Assembly: GCA_943787795.1 (NCBI GenBank)
Contig: CALSNU010000004.1
Span: forward strand, 288,001 to 352,000
Length of the DNA stretch: 64,000 nucleotides
Direction of reading: 5' to 3'
Source: an uncultured bacterium
GTDB taxonomy: Bacteria; Planctomycetota; UBA1135; GCA-002686595
Positions 1-9,561 of the stretch are shown piece by piece. Position 1 is the stretch's first letter; each line of letters starts with the position of its first letter. The notes under the pieces are model-generated. The model saw only the letters and a list, made by a program, of their open reading frames with translations, ran no database searches and was not told where the DNA came from. The translations under genes and the position numbers were made by a program.

Positions 1-2
1 CC

Positions 3-2000
3 TCGCCTCACGCCGACACGTTCGGGTACTCGATGCCGCCCCCCGGTCTCCTGAGGCTCGGGGGAGCGCTTCGGGACGCCAACCACGACGTGGCCCTCGA
101 GGACCTTGCCTTCCGGCTGGGAAGCGGAGAGCTCCCCTCAGGGGACGGCCTCCCCGCCGCAGCCGCGGCGCTCCTGGCGAGCCGCGGACGTCCAGACGTG
201 GTCGGCCTGTCGGTCATGGGCGCCACCTTGCCCGTCGCCCTGCTGATCGCTGAGCAGCTGAAGGAGGCCTGGCCAAAGGTCCCGATCGTGCTCGGCGGCC
301 CAGGAGTCCACGGGGTCGACGTGGGCCTCCTCGAGCGCTTCCCGGCGATCGATCTCGTGGCCCGAGGCGAGGGTGAGGTCACCGTGGTCGAGCTCTGCGA
401 AGCGCTCACCAGCGGCCTGGAGGCCGCCGGCGAGGTCGACGGCATCACTCACCGGACCGCTGGCGAAGTCCGCCGCACTCCAGACCGAGCCATGCTCCGA
501 GACCTGGCGGCGCTGCCCGCCTACGCCTGGGACCTGCTGCCCCCCATCGCCAGGTACAAGGAGATCACGGGCAGCGCCGACGGCCTGGTGCCCATCGACT
601 CCGGTCGCGGCTGCGCGTACGACTGTTCGTTTTGCTCGATCGGACGCACCTGGCGCCGGCGATCCCGCCCGCTCCCGGCCGCCCGCCTCGTCGACGAGAT
701 CGCTTCCCTGCGGGGCATCCCCGGAGCGCGCCGCGCCTACCTCTGCCATGACCTCTTCGGCGCCGACCGAGGCCACGCCATGGCGCTCTGCGCCGGGCTT
801 CAGGAGCGCGCGATTCAGGTGCCCTGGGAGGTTCGGGCGCGCGCTGATCACCTCGATGCCGAGCTCCTCTTGAGCATGGGCAAGGCCGGCTGTGACCGCG
901 TGCTCCTCGGGATCGAATCCGCCTCCGCCGCGGTCCGGGCCGCCAACCAGAAGGGCATGCGCGATGATGTCGACCTCCTGCAGGTGGTCGACGATTGCGC
1001 CGCGGCCGGGGTGACCCCCATCCTGTCCCTGATCCTCGGCCTGCCGGGCGAGGGCGACGGGGAGCTGAACGAGTCGCTCGAGTTCTGCGCCTCGGCTGCG
1101 CTGCGAGCGGGGGTCAACCTCTCCCTCCATCTCGTGAATCCGCAGCCCGGCTGCGCCCTCGGAGAGGAGTTCGGAGCCGCGTCAAGTCCAGTTCCAGGCG
1201 TACCCCCAGACATGGCGCTGGGAGCCGGAGAGACCGCCGCAGAGCGAGCCCTGATTCATGGGCATCCGGACATCTTCTCGACCTGGTCCCTCCTGCCCTA
1301 TCCCGAGGAGAAGCTCGCGGAGCTCATGTTCCTGAGCGGGGAGTTCGGCGAGACGCTGATGCGCTACCCCCGAGCCGTTGGTGCGCTGGCCGCCGCCACG
1401 GGGCTCTCGATTCTCACGCTCGCGCGTGAACTCCGCGCGGACGGCCGGACCTTCGAGACGTTCGCTCGTCAGCGCGTGGCCAGGTCAGACGGGCGCCCGA
1501 TCCTCGACGCCCTCCTGCGCTGGGAGAACGCCTTGGTTCGCATCGCCGCCCGGGGGCCGCGACCGGCCCGGGATCATCGCTGGACCCTGGGCGCCGAGCT
1601 GATATCGACCTCGCTGGACCTCGGCGCCGCCGTCGAGACCCTCATCAGCCGGCGCCGCGGCGCGCCGCCTGGCCCCGCAGTCGAACCAGAGGCCAGCCCG
1701 TTGCTCCTCAGTCAAGAAGAGATGACCTTCGCAGTGGTCGCTCCCACCCCGTCCCCTGGGCGCCTCGCCGGCGTCCGGACGGTGCGACTGTCCAAGGGCT
1801 CTGCCAAGCTGGCCCAGGCTATGGAGCGCGCGCGCACCGACGAGGAGCACGCGCGCATCACTGCGGCCCTCGAGGCCCCCGGCGTCCGAGGCGCCGCCGC
1901 AGGGCTGATCGAGTCCGGCGTCCTCATCCCGCCCAGAGGCGCGGGCACCTCCACCCCGAGCTCCCACGCTCGGCAGAACTCACCGACCACGGCGCCATGA
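3..2000 (+). CDS. Cobalamin (B12)-binding radical SAM protein 1, 5'-truncated by the window edge
   Basis: Frame is open from position 3 (SPHADTFGYSMPPPGLLRL...). B12-binding Rossmann segment PDVVGLSVMG...PIVLGGPG; CxxxCxxC motif GRGCAYDCSFC at 612-635; LLGIESAS and LILGLPGE radical SAM motifs; long C-terminal extension. Confidence 0.9.
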   Translation, partial: SPHADTFGYSMPPPGLLRLGGALRDANHDVALEDLAFRLGSGELPSGDGLPAAAAALLASRGRPDVVGLSVMGATLPVALLIAEQLKEAWPKVPIVLGGPGVHGVDVGLLERFPAIDLVARGEGEVTVVELCEALTSGLEAAGEVDGITHRTAGEVRRTPDRAMLRDLAALPAYAWDLLPPIARYKEITGSADGLVPIDSGRGCAYDCSFCSIGRTWRRRSRPLPAARLVDEIASLRGIPGARRAYLCHDLFGADRGHAMALCAGLQERAIQVPWEVRARADHLDAELLLSMGKAGCDRVLLGIESASAAVRAANQKGMRDDVDLLQVVDDCAAAGVTPILSLILGLPGEGDGELNESLEFCASAALRAGVNLSLHLVNPQPGCALGEEFGAASSPVPGVPPDMALGAGETAAERALIHGHPDIFSTWSLLPYPEEKLAELMFLSGEFGETLMRYPRAVGALAAATGLSILTLARELRADGRTFETFARQRVARSDGRPILDALLRWENALVRIAARGPRPARDHRWTLGAELISTSLDLGAAVETLISRRRGAPPGPAVEPEASPLLLSQEEMTFAVVAPTPSPGRLAGVRTVRLSKGSAKLAQAMERARTDEEHARITAALEAPGVRGAAAGLIESGVLIPPRGAGTSTPSSHARQNSPTTAP

Positions 2001-4300
2001 TCAAGCTCCCCAGCAACGACTTCCCCGTCACCCTCGCGTTCCCTCCGCAAGGACACTGGACCCAACCTCACCTGGCGCTCCCCTGCCTGAAGGCGTGGCT
2101 GCAGGCGAGCGGCTACGGGGATGTTCAGCAGATGGACCTCTCCGTCGAGGCCTTCGACCACTTCCTCACTGCGGAGTCATTGACGCGAGCCGCGGCCAAG
2201 GTCGAGCAGCGACTCCCCCTGGATCGCTTCGAAGGAGACCGCCTCCCCCTCGGCCAGATGCGAGCCTGGCGTGCCGCGGCCGAGAGCGCGGCCTCTGCGG
2301 CGTCGCTCATCAGCCGCGTCGAGTCCGCGAAGGCCATCCTGAGGGGGCAGGACCACCCAGTGGAGGGCGACCGTGGCTTCTGGGACCCCGACCGCTATGT
2401 CCCCGCCGTTCGGACCCTCTACCACGGGCTTCGGCTGGTCTCTGCGGCCCACTACCCGAGCGAGCTCACCCCCCACAACTTCACGATGTCCTACTCGAAC
2501 GACTCGAGTGAGGAGGTCCTGGCGGCCACTCTGGACGAGGAGCAGAACCCCTTCATCGAGTTCTACCGTGAGGAGGTGATGCCGCGGCTCCTCGAGCGTA
2601 AGCCGCGGCTGCTCGGGCTCTCGGTCCTCTACGGCAGCCAGCTCATTCCGGCGCTGACCCTCGCGCGGATGGTGAAGGCCGCGCTCCCCGACTGCCACAT
2701 CACCATGGGCGGCGGCTTCCTCGCTTACATCGGGGACAAGGTCATGTCAGCCCCGGGTATGGCCGAGTGCTTTGACTCGATGGTGTTCCATGAGGGGGAA
2801 CGACCCCTCCTGATGCTCTGCGAGGCGCTCCGGCTCGGCGAGCCCCTCCACGACGTGGGGAGCCTCTCCTGGTGGGACCGCGCAGACCCGCAGCACCCAG
2901 TGTCCGTCAAGAACATGGCCGCGCACCCGATCAAGCTGGACGACGCCCCGGCCCCGGATCTCGACGGGCTGCCGATGGACAAGTACTTCTCGCCAGAGGT
3001 GGTCATCCCCTACGACGTGAACCGGGGCTGCTATTACGGCGAGTGCACGTTCTGCACCCTCCCGACGGTCATCGGCCCGGGATACCGCACACGCTCCTCG
3101 GAGACGATCGCGCGCCACGTGGTCGAGCTGCGCGACCGCTACGAGTCGACCCACTTCAACTTCATCACGGACTGCATGCCCCCCGGGATGATTAAGGAGC
3201 TGCCCGAGCGGTTGATCGAGGCGGAGGCTGGCATCACCTGGTGGGCGGACGCCCGCTTCGAGCCCAAGGCCTATGACGCAGATGGCGCGAGGCGGCTCTT
3301 TGAGTCAGGGTGCCGCAAGCTCCTGTTCGGCTTTGAATCCGCGACCAAGCGGATCCTCAAGATGATGATGAAGGGCCAGAGCCTGAAGTCCGTCGTCGAG
3401 GTCGCCCGGAACTGCACCGAGGCGAACATCAGCGTGACGTTCTACGCGATGGTGGGCTTCCCCACGGAGACCCGCGAGGAGGCGCGCGCGACGCTGGAGT
3501 TCATCGAGCAGCACGCCGACATCATCCGCGAGGTTTCCTTGCAGACCTTCCACATCGACGAGGTGGCGAAGACCTACAAGGAGCCCGAGCAGTTCGGGAT
3601 CCGCGTCCTCGACGCCCCAGGGGACCTCGCCCTCTACCACGACTATGTGGCCGACGTCGGGATGACCCAGGAGGAGGCCGCGGAGATGTTCGAGGAGATG
3701 ATGGCGTCCTTCCGGCGTAACCTCGCGATCTTCTCCGGTGACAACATCTTCTACTTCATGCAGAAGAGTCACTACTTCCTCCACCTCGCCGCGGGTGAGA
3801 CCCCCCAGGGGTTCTCCGGGCGCTGCGCTGACCGCACGGCCGCTAGAGCGGAGCGGGTGGCTGACCCCGAGCTGACCGTGAGCCAGGGACTCGTCAGCGT
3901 CCCCCTCAGCTTCAGCCACTCGGACGCGGTGCGCACCCTCGGAGACCCCCTCGCCCGCGCCGCCCGTCCGGACTTCCTGACCGGGCGTTACGTCCGGGAC
4001 GCGGACCGGGTCGCCGAGGAGACGCTCCCTCCCCTCGATCCAAAGGAGCGCTTCCTGCTCTATGACCCCGAGAACGGCGAGTTCGTTGAGCTCCGCGATG
4101 GCGGGGTCCGCGTGCTCTCCGCCCTGCGCGAGCACGGTACCCTCGGGGCGCTGGTAGCGGCTCAGCGGCGCGCCGGCGCCTCGGCTGCAGCCATCGATAG
4201 ACTCGAGCAGTTCGCCACCGAACTCCACCGGCTCGGAGTGCTCCGCGCCGCGGCCCCTCTTTCCCCCAACGCGCCTGTCCTCGCCACCGCGCGGGGTTGA
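1997..4300 (+). CDS. Cobalamin-binding radical SAM protein 2 with C-terminal PqqD/RRE-like domain
   Basis: ATGA overlap with the upstream stop. N-terminal FPP...PHLALPCLKAWL, B12 domain (LLGLSVLYGSQ...ITMGGG), cluster motif NRGCYYGECTFC (CX4CX2C), LLFGFES and MVGFPTET motifs. C-terminus FLLYDPENGEFVEL...FATELHRLGVL resembles an RRE. Confidence 0.9.
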   Translation: MIKLPSNDFPVTLAFPPQGHWTQPHLALPCLKAWLQASGYGDVQQMDLSVEAFDHFLTAESLTRAAAKVEQRLPLDRFEGDRLPLGQMRAWRAAAESAASAASLISRVESAKAILRGQDHPVEGDRGFWDPDRYVPAVRTLYHGLRLVSAAHYPSELTPHNFTMSYSNDSSEEVLAATLDEEQNPFIEFYREEVMPRLLERKPRLLGLSVLYGSQLIPALTLARMVKAALPDCHITMGGGFLAYIGDKVMSAPGMAECFDSMVFHEGERPLLMLCEALRLGEPLHDVGSLSWWDRADPQHPVSVKNMAAHPIKLDDAPAPDLDGLPMDKYFSPEVVIPYDVNRGCYYGECTFCTLPTVIGPGYRTRSSETIARHVVELRDRYESTHFNFITDCMPPGMIKELPERLIEAEAGITWWADARFEPKAYDADGARRLFESGCRKLLFGFESATKRILKMMMKGQSLKSVVEVARNCTEANISVTFYAMVGFPTETREEARATLEFIEQHADIIREVSLQTFHIDEVAKTYKEPEQFGIRVLDAPGDLALYHDYVADVGMTQEEAAEMFEEMMASFRRNLAIFSGDNIFYFMQKSHYFLHLAAGETPQGFSGRCADRTAARAERVADPELTVSQGLVSVPLSFSHSDAVRTLGDPLARAARPDFLTGRYVRDADRVAEETLPPLDPKERFLLYDPENGEFVELRDGGVRVLSALREHGTLGALVAAQRRAGASAAAIDRLEQFATELHRLGVLRAAAPLSPNAPVLATARG

Positions 4301-4314
4301 CCCAAGGACCAGCC

Positions 4315-4491
4315 ATGAATCAGAACAAGGATCAGCGAGACGACCTCGAGAACGAGGAGGCCCCGGAGAAGAGCGCCGAGGCGAGCCAGGCCGCAGGCGG
4401 CGAAGCCCTCGACCTCGAGGGGCTTGACCTCACGGTCGAGACCGTCGAAGAGCGGATCAGTCCGAGCGAGACCAACGTCTTCGACAAGTGA
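4315..4491 (+). CDS. Putative RiPP precursor or scaffold peptide, 58 aa, acidic
   Basis: AAGGA RBS at 4304-4308 and ATG at 4315. Sequence MNQNKDQRDDLENEEAPEKSAEASQAAGGEALDLEGLDLTVETVEERISPSETNVFDK, with host-like codon usage, directly after two radical SAM genes. Confidence 0.75.
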   Translation: MNQNKDQRDDLENEEAPEKSAEASQAAGGEALDLEGLDLTVETVEERISPSETNVFDK

Positions 4492-4593
4492 GCTGGCCTA
4501 GGCCGGGGGCCGACCGCGAGGGTGGCCACTCGGCCAATGCTCCCGCCAGAGGAAGGCCGCCGGTCGCAGTTCACCCGCTCGGAAGTCGCCGCT

Positions 4594-5874
4594 CTAGACC
4601 GTGACGCCGAGGTGCGTCGCCGTGTGCCCGGGGAAGAGCGGTCCGGCGTCCGGGCTCCCGAGCCGTCGCTCGGCCACCTCGGCCAACACGTCCCGGTAGT
4701 CGATGGTGACGTCGAGGTCCCCCTCGTTGAGACTCGACGGGGCGAGCCCAGGCCATTGGGTCATGACCCGGCCGCCGGCGATCCCGTCCCCCATGAGGAA
4801 CATCGCGTTTCCGAACCCGTGGTCGCAGCCGTCGCTGAGGTTCGGCGCGATCCGGCGCCCGAACTCCGAGTGCGCGACGAGGGTGTACCTGATCCCTGAG
4901 TTCCTAAGGTCCAGATAGAAGGCCTCGAGGGAGCGGGCGAAGGTGTCGAGCATGCCGGCGTAGGTGCCGCTCAACGGTCCCATCTGGACGTGATGGTCCC
5001 AGCCGTCGATGTCGACGACGCAGCACTCGAGGTCGAGGCCCGCCTTGAGCATGGTCGCGACGGCCCGGAGGCCGCCGCCGAAGGGGCCGCCGGGGTAGAC
5101 CGCGCCGTTCGACGGGGTGTAGCCGAAGAACTGAACTCCGCCCACCTGGTCGAGGGCATCGAGCGCGCTGACGGCCGCGGGGCCGAGGGGAGCCGGCTGG
5201 GGCCCGTACATGTCGGCCAGGACCTGCCGCCTGTCGGTCGCGGTGGCGGCCTCCCCGGGGAACGAGAAGGTCGGCGGGACGGCGATCGGGATCGACCCCG
5301 GCGCACCGGTGAGCGTCCATGGCAGCAGCGCCGAGAGCGAGAGCGCCCGGACCGTCCCGCTACCCAGGGGCTGAATCGTATCGAGGTGCCGCGAGACCCA
5401 GCCCTCGGAGAGCGGGAGCGCGCTCCCCGCCGGCGTCGCCGTCTCCCAACGCCGCATGCCGTCGAAGTGCGAGAGCGTATGAACCGGTGCGCCCGCGGCG
5501 TGGACCACCAGGAGCTTGCCGTCGGCGTAAGGGGTGTGGAGCGGCGCGGCCGAGGGCGAGAGACAGAAGGTCCCGTCCAGGTCCACCGAGCCGTTCCCAG
5601 ACGAGGGGCCAGGGATCGCAAGCGGACCGCGCGACGAAGCGTAGTCCGGGTCGCCGTAGGGGACAACGGCGCTGAGGCCGTCCATGCCTCCACGGAGGAA
5701 CACGTTGACCAGGACGTCTCGCTGCACTCCGCCGCCGCTCCCGCGGTTGGCGCTGAAGGCGATCCGGGGCATCGCCGAGGACACAGCGGCGCCCGCCGCC
5801 GCTGTCCTCAGGAAGCCTCGCCTGGAGAGGTTGGCGTACTCGGAGCACGCCGCACGTTCACTTCGTCGTGTCAT
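4594..5874 (-). CDS. DUF1501 family protein with Tat-like signal
   Basis: SRRGFL twin-arginine motif; VFLRGGMDGLSAVVPYGDPDY, GWDHH, SEFGRR, DHG and DYRDV motifs typical of DUF1501. Confidence 0.85.
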   Translation of the reverse strand: MTRRSERAACSEYANLSRRGFLRTAAAGAAVSSAMPRIAFSANRGSGGGVQRDVLVNVFLRGGMDGLSAVVPYGDPDYASSRGPLAIPGPSSGNGSVDLDGTFCLSPSAAPLHTPYADGKLLVVHAAGAPVHTLSHFDGMRRWETATPAGSALPLSEGWVSRHLDTIQPLGSGTVRALSLSALLPWTLTGAPGSIPIAVPPTFSFPGEAATATDRRQVLADMYGPQPAPLGPAAVSALDALDQVGGVQFFGYTPSNGAVYPGGPFGGGLRAVATMLKAGLDLECCVVDIDGWDHHVQMGPLSGTYAGMLDTFARSLEAFYLDLRNSGIRYTLVAHSEFGRRIAPNLSDGCDHGFGNAMFLMGDGIAGGRVMTQWPGLAPSSLNEGDLDVTIDYRDVLAEVAERRLGSPDAGPLFPGHTATHLGVTV

Positions 5875-5889
5875 GGTGTCGTCACCGGA

Positions 5890-7395
5890 TCAATAGAACT
5901 GATAGCCCGGGCTCGCGGCGAGGAGCGCGGCGGCATCCCTGAGGACCTGGTCCGTGAAGGGCCGGGCCCCGATGTACTGCTGGACTCGCGCGACCTCGGC
6001 CTCGGGAATCAACCCGCCCGCCATCTCTGCCGCGAGCCGCTGGGCCAGGGACGGGTTCGGCGCGGATCCGCGCAGGGCCGTCAGAGCCGAGGTGGAGATC
6101 GTCAGCCCTGGAAGGCCGCCGTTCAGGAGGTTGGTGGCGTACGCCCAGCGACCGTTCACGTCGCTCCCCCACGCCAGCAGCGTGTCCGGATATCCGTCCG
6201 GCGTCCCCCAGACATAGGGCCGCTGGCCGACGAGCTCGAAGATCCGCGCGGCGCCGAGGAAGTCGTCCGACGTGACGGCGCTCAGCTGCCGCAGGAGCCC
6301 TATACCGAAGTGGAAGGGCCGCTTCAGCTTGAGCCGCGTCGTCGCGGCACAGAGCCGGAGGACCTCGTCCGAGAGGGCCTCGCGGACGATCTCCCGCAGG
6401 TCGCCGTTCGTCGCCTGCCAGACGGCGATCACCCGGTCCACCGCCGCCTGCGGGGGCTCGATGCCCGACAGCCAGCCCACGAGCTTGCGGGAGACGTAGT
6501 CAAGCGTCTTGGGGTGCACCGCCAGCATGTGGAGCATGTCCAGGCCATCCTGCACGCCCCCCCCGCCCGGGAGCTGGACCCCGAGCACGGTCTTGGGGCC
6601 GAAGTCGTGGTCAGCGGCGTCGAAGTAGAAGTCGCCCGGGTTGGCCTCGTGCCAGTACTCGTACCGCCAGCCGGTGAAGCAGCGGCTGATCTCCTTCACG
6701 TCATCCTCGGTGTACGGCCCATCCACCCCCAGGGTGTGAAGCTCCATCACCTCTCGGCCGAAGTTCTCGTTGGCCGCTCCCACGACGTTCACGTCGCCAT
6801 CGAGATAGGCCGACATGGCCGGGCTCTTGGCCACGGAGACGAGGAGGTCCTCGAAGCGCCCGAGGGCGTGCTGCCGGATGGTGTCCCGGTCGTAGGCCGT
6901 GAAGAAGAGTCGGCCTCGAATCGTCTCGAGCTGGTCGACGTTGAAGTGGTCGTGCCAGAACTCGACGACGCGCTCGAGGAGCTGACGTTCGCTGAGTACC
7001 GAGCGCGCCACGCAGACCTGCTGCAGGTGCTCACACGGCACGAGCGCGGAGTTGGCGAAGTTGGCGTGCAGGTCCGGCAGCGACATCGAGACGCTGGGAA
7101 ACCGCGCGACAAAGGCGTCCGCCACCGGGTCCGGAATCGACTGGGGGTTGAGCTGCGCATCCAGCCAGGCGGCGCGGCCCGCGCTCCGGATGTCCAGAAG
7201 GGTGGCCCGCGTGAAGCCCTGGGTCGCCCGGTGCGCGAGGGCCAGATCGAGGTCCTGTCGGCCAGCGGCCCCGGGCGCGGCAGCCTGGGGTCCGACGGGC
7301 GCGGTGGCGCTCGAGGATGCGGGCAACGTCGTGGGCACGCCGAGGATCGAGCGGCGCGAGCGCGACCTTCGGATGGACGGCCGTTGAGATTGCAT
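5890..7395 (-). CDS. DUF1800 family protein
   Basis: ERVVEFWHDHFNV, SPAMSAYLD, NENFGREVMELHTLGV, SRCFTGW and PDGYP motifs; lies upstream of DUF1501 as usual. Confidence 0.85.
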   Translation of the reverse strand: MQSQRPSIRRSRSRRSILGVPTTLPASSSATAPVGPQAAAPGAAGRQDLDLALAHRATQGFTRATLLDIRSAGRAAWLDAQLNPQSIPDPVADAFVARFPSVSMSLPDLHANFANSALVPCEHLQQVCVARSVLSERQLLERVVEFWHDHFNVDQLETIRGRLFFTAYDRDTIRQHALGRFEDLLVSVAKSPAMSAYLDGDVNVVGAANENFGREVMELHTLGVDGPYTEDDVKEISRCFTGWRYEYWHEANPGDFYFDAADHDFGPKTVLGVQLPGGGGVQDGLDMLHMLAVHPKTLDYVSRKLVGWLSGIEPPQAAVDRVIAVWQATNGDLREIVREALSDEVLRLCAATTRLKLKRPFHFGIGLLRQLSAVTSDDFLGAARIFELVGQRPYVWGTPDGYPDTLLAWGSDVNGRWAYATNLLNGGLPGLTISTSALTALRGSAPNPSLAQRLAAEMAGGLIPEAEVARVQQYIGARPFTDQVLRDAAALLAASPGYQFY

Positions 7396-7608
7396 GGTGG
7401 ACGTTGGAGGCTGCTGGGGACGGGCAGAAGCGGGTACCCCTGAGGATACCCTCCTCCTCGTTCCCAGGGCCGTGAGTCCCCGCGCACCTCACGGACCCGC
7501 AGCTCCTGCCCACGTTGGCGGGCTCAGGGTCGGAACCTAGGACGGACCGTCGCGGCGGCATGATCCGCCCAGCGCCTCATTCTGAGCCACTGGGACGACC
7601 ACGGCGGC

Positions 7609-9534
7609 TCAGCTCGGCGTCGGCGCAGGCTCGGGCTCGCTCGCGCCCGGTCCCGTCTCCGCGCGCTCGGCCGACCCCACGGTCGGGATCCGGAGCTTGA
7701 TACTGGAGCCGGCGCCCGGTCCCTCGCTCATCACGCCGATCGCGATCCCGAGCTCCTGACAGACGTTGGCCGCCATGTGAAGCCCCTCTCCCGCGTGCCC
7801 TTCCTTGCTGGTGAACGAGGAGGTGAAGATCTGGTCCAGCGAGCCAGGGTCGATCCCGCACCCTGTATCAGTCACCTCGACCACGACTCGGCGATCCTCC
7901 GTCCCGTAGACACGGAGCACGATCCGCCGCTCACGCAGGTCCGGACCCTGCAGGGCCTCGAACGCGTTCACGATGACGTTGATGAGGACGCTCTTGAGTC
8001 GGTGCGAGTCCGTACGAACGAGCGGAGCACCGTCAAAGTCACGCTCGATCTCGACACCAACGACGCTCGGCAGAGACGTGGTCGCGACCTCCAGGGCACG
8101 CTCCACGACACCGGAGAGCTCGACCTCCTCCTCGATGCTCGGCCCGACGGCGTACTTCTCCTGGCTTCGGATCAGATCGATGGCCTGGCTCAGCCCCAGA
8201 TCAAGGGACTCCAACTCGACGATGCAACGGGAGCGGAGGTCCCCCACCGCATCCGCCATGGCAATGATGAAGGGAACGAGGAACTTGCCGTTCTCGTTCT
8301 CCGTGATGTAGGTCGAGAGGTCCTCCGAGTGCTCCTCGAGCTCGCGGGCGAGGCTGTGCATGTCGGTCACATCCACGGCCGCGACATCGCGCAGCAGGAG
8401 CTTCGTCGAGACATTGATGCTGTTCAGGATGTTGCCTGCGGCGTGCACGACTCCCATCGAGACATCCGACATCCCCGCACGGCGGGCGTCGTGGACCACG
8501 GTTTGCCGGTCGACGGCGACCTTGTCGATCATCCCCATCAGGGCCTGATCTAGCCGCTGGAACTCCAGCGCGTCCCACCTATGCAGCCGGGACTTGGCCT
8601 TGGAGGAGGCCGTGAGCTGGGTCACGTGGCCGTGGATCTGATGGAGCGGCTGTCGCACAAAGCGGATGAGGAAGCGCAAGGCGACGAGAGCCGCAATCCC
8701 GGCAGCCAGGAGCTGGAAGATCACGATCTCCCGCGCGACCGCGAGGATCGAAGCTGCCGCGGACGGGACCTGAGTGGCCGAGACCACGAGACCCGGCCGC
8801 CCCATCCCATCCCGGAAGAGCTGCATCCCGACCGCGCCGCCGCCGCTTCGGGCGGACACGGTGCACGGCGAGACGGCTCCCCCCGATGCAGCATCCTGCG
8901 GCTCAGCGTCCCGCGAGACCCCGCCGCCCTTTGTCAGAAGCTGGTCCAGCGCGCCCGCGACGTGATTCGGCGGGGATTCGCCGTTGAGGTCGTGGAACGC
9001 AAACTCCACCTCCGGGTGCAGAGCCCGCACGAGGCGGAGATCCAGTGGACGGACCAGGACCGACCTGGAGCCTTCGCCGCCGACGTGGTCAGCCGCAGCG
9101 ATCACCCAGGGCTCACCGTCGACGGCCACCACCGCGCTGCTCGGAAGGTGCGCCCCCGTGACGCCTGCGACGGAGGCAGAGCGGATCATCTCGACCAGCT
9201 GAGAGAGGACCCCAGGCGCCTCCCCACGGGCGACTCGCTCTCTCAGGTCCCCGTCAAACTCGAGGATGACCGAAGCGGGCCCGCCACGGTTGCTCGTGGC
9301 ACCCTCGCCGTCTGATGCTCCCTGCTGCGCCGCGAGCATCGCTCCGTCGAGAGCGGCGTCCCGTTGTCGCCCGATCTCCCAGGCCACCTCTTGCACCGCG
9401 AGTCCGACTCCCTCATCGGCTCGACGGACCGCCTCGCTGTGGAAACGGAAGGCCTGAATCCCCATCGAGACCACGAGTGCAACGAGGCTGCCGACGAGCA
9501 GCTGCAGACCGAGGATGGTGTTGAGGGACTTCAT
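7609..9534 (-). CDS. Membrane sensor histidine kinase
   Basis: Two hydrophobic segments, HAMP-like linker, H-box GMSDVSMGVVHAAGNILNSI, N-box LINVIVNAFEA, G1 DTGCGI, F/G2 FTSK..GEGL. Confidence 0.85.
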   Translation of the reverse strand: MKSLNTILGLQLLVGSLVALVVSMGIQAFRFHSEAVRRADEGVGLAVQEVAWEIGRQRDAALDGAMLAAQQGASDGEGATSNRGGPASVILEFDGDLRERVARGEAPGVLSQLVEMIRSASVAGVTGAHLPSSAVVAVDGEPWVIAAADHVGGEGSRSVLVRPLDLRLVRALHPEVEFAFHDLNGESPPNHVAGALDQLLTKGGGVSRDAEPQDAASGGAVSPCTVSARSGGGAVGMQLFRDGMGRPGLVVSATQVPSAAASILAVAREIVIFQLLAAGIAALVALRFLIRFVRQPLHQIHGHVTQLTASSKAKSRLHRWDALEFQRLDQALMGMIDKVAVDRQTVVHDARRAGMSDVSMGVVHAAGNILNSINVSTKLLLRDVAAVDVTDMHSLARELEEHSEDLSTYITENENGKFLVPFIIAMADAVGDLRSRCIVELESLDLGLSQAIDLIRSQEKYAVGPSIEEEVELSGVVERALEVATTSLPSVVGVEIERDFDGAPLVRTDSHRLKSVLINVIVNAFEALQGPDLRERRIVLRVYGTEDRRVVVEVTDTGCGIDPGSLDQIFTSSFTSKEGHAGEGLHMAANVCQELGIAIGVMSEGPGAGSSIKLRIPTVGSAERAETGPGASEPEPAPTPS

Positions 9535-9561
9535 GGCAGGTTAAAGGTTGAGCGCGGCAGA

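Noticed and set aside
4297..4314. TTG start at 4297 for the precursor peptide (64 aa)
   Set aside because: The ATG at 4315 has a well-spaced AAGGA RBS and is preferred.
4990..7443. 817-aa + strand ORF and other long antisense ORFs (e.g. 41703..44159, 34974..36812, 26907..28697, 14354..16171)
   Set aside because: These are shadow frames opposite well-supported genes, expected at this GC content, and they carry no recognisable motifs.
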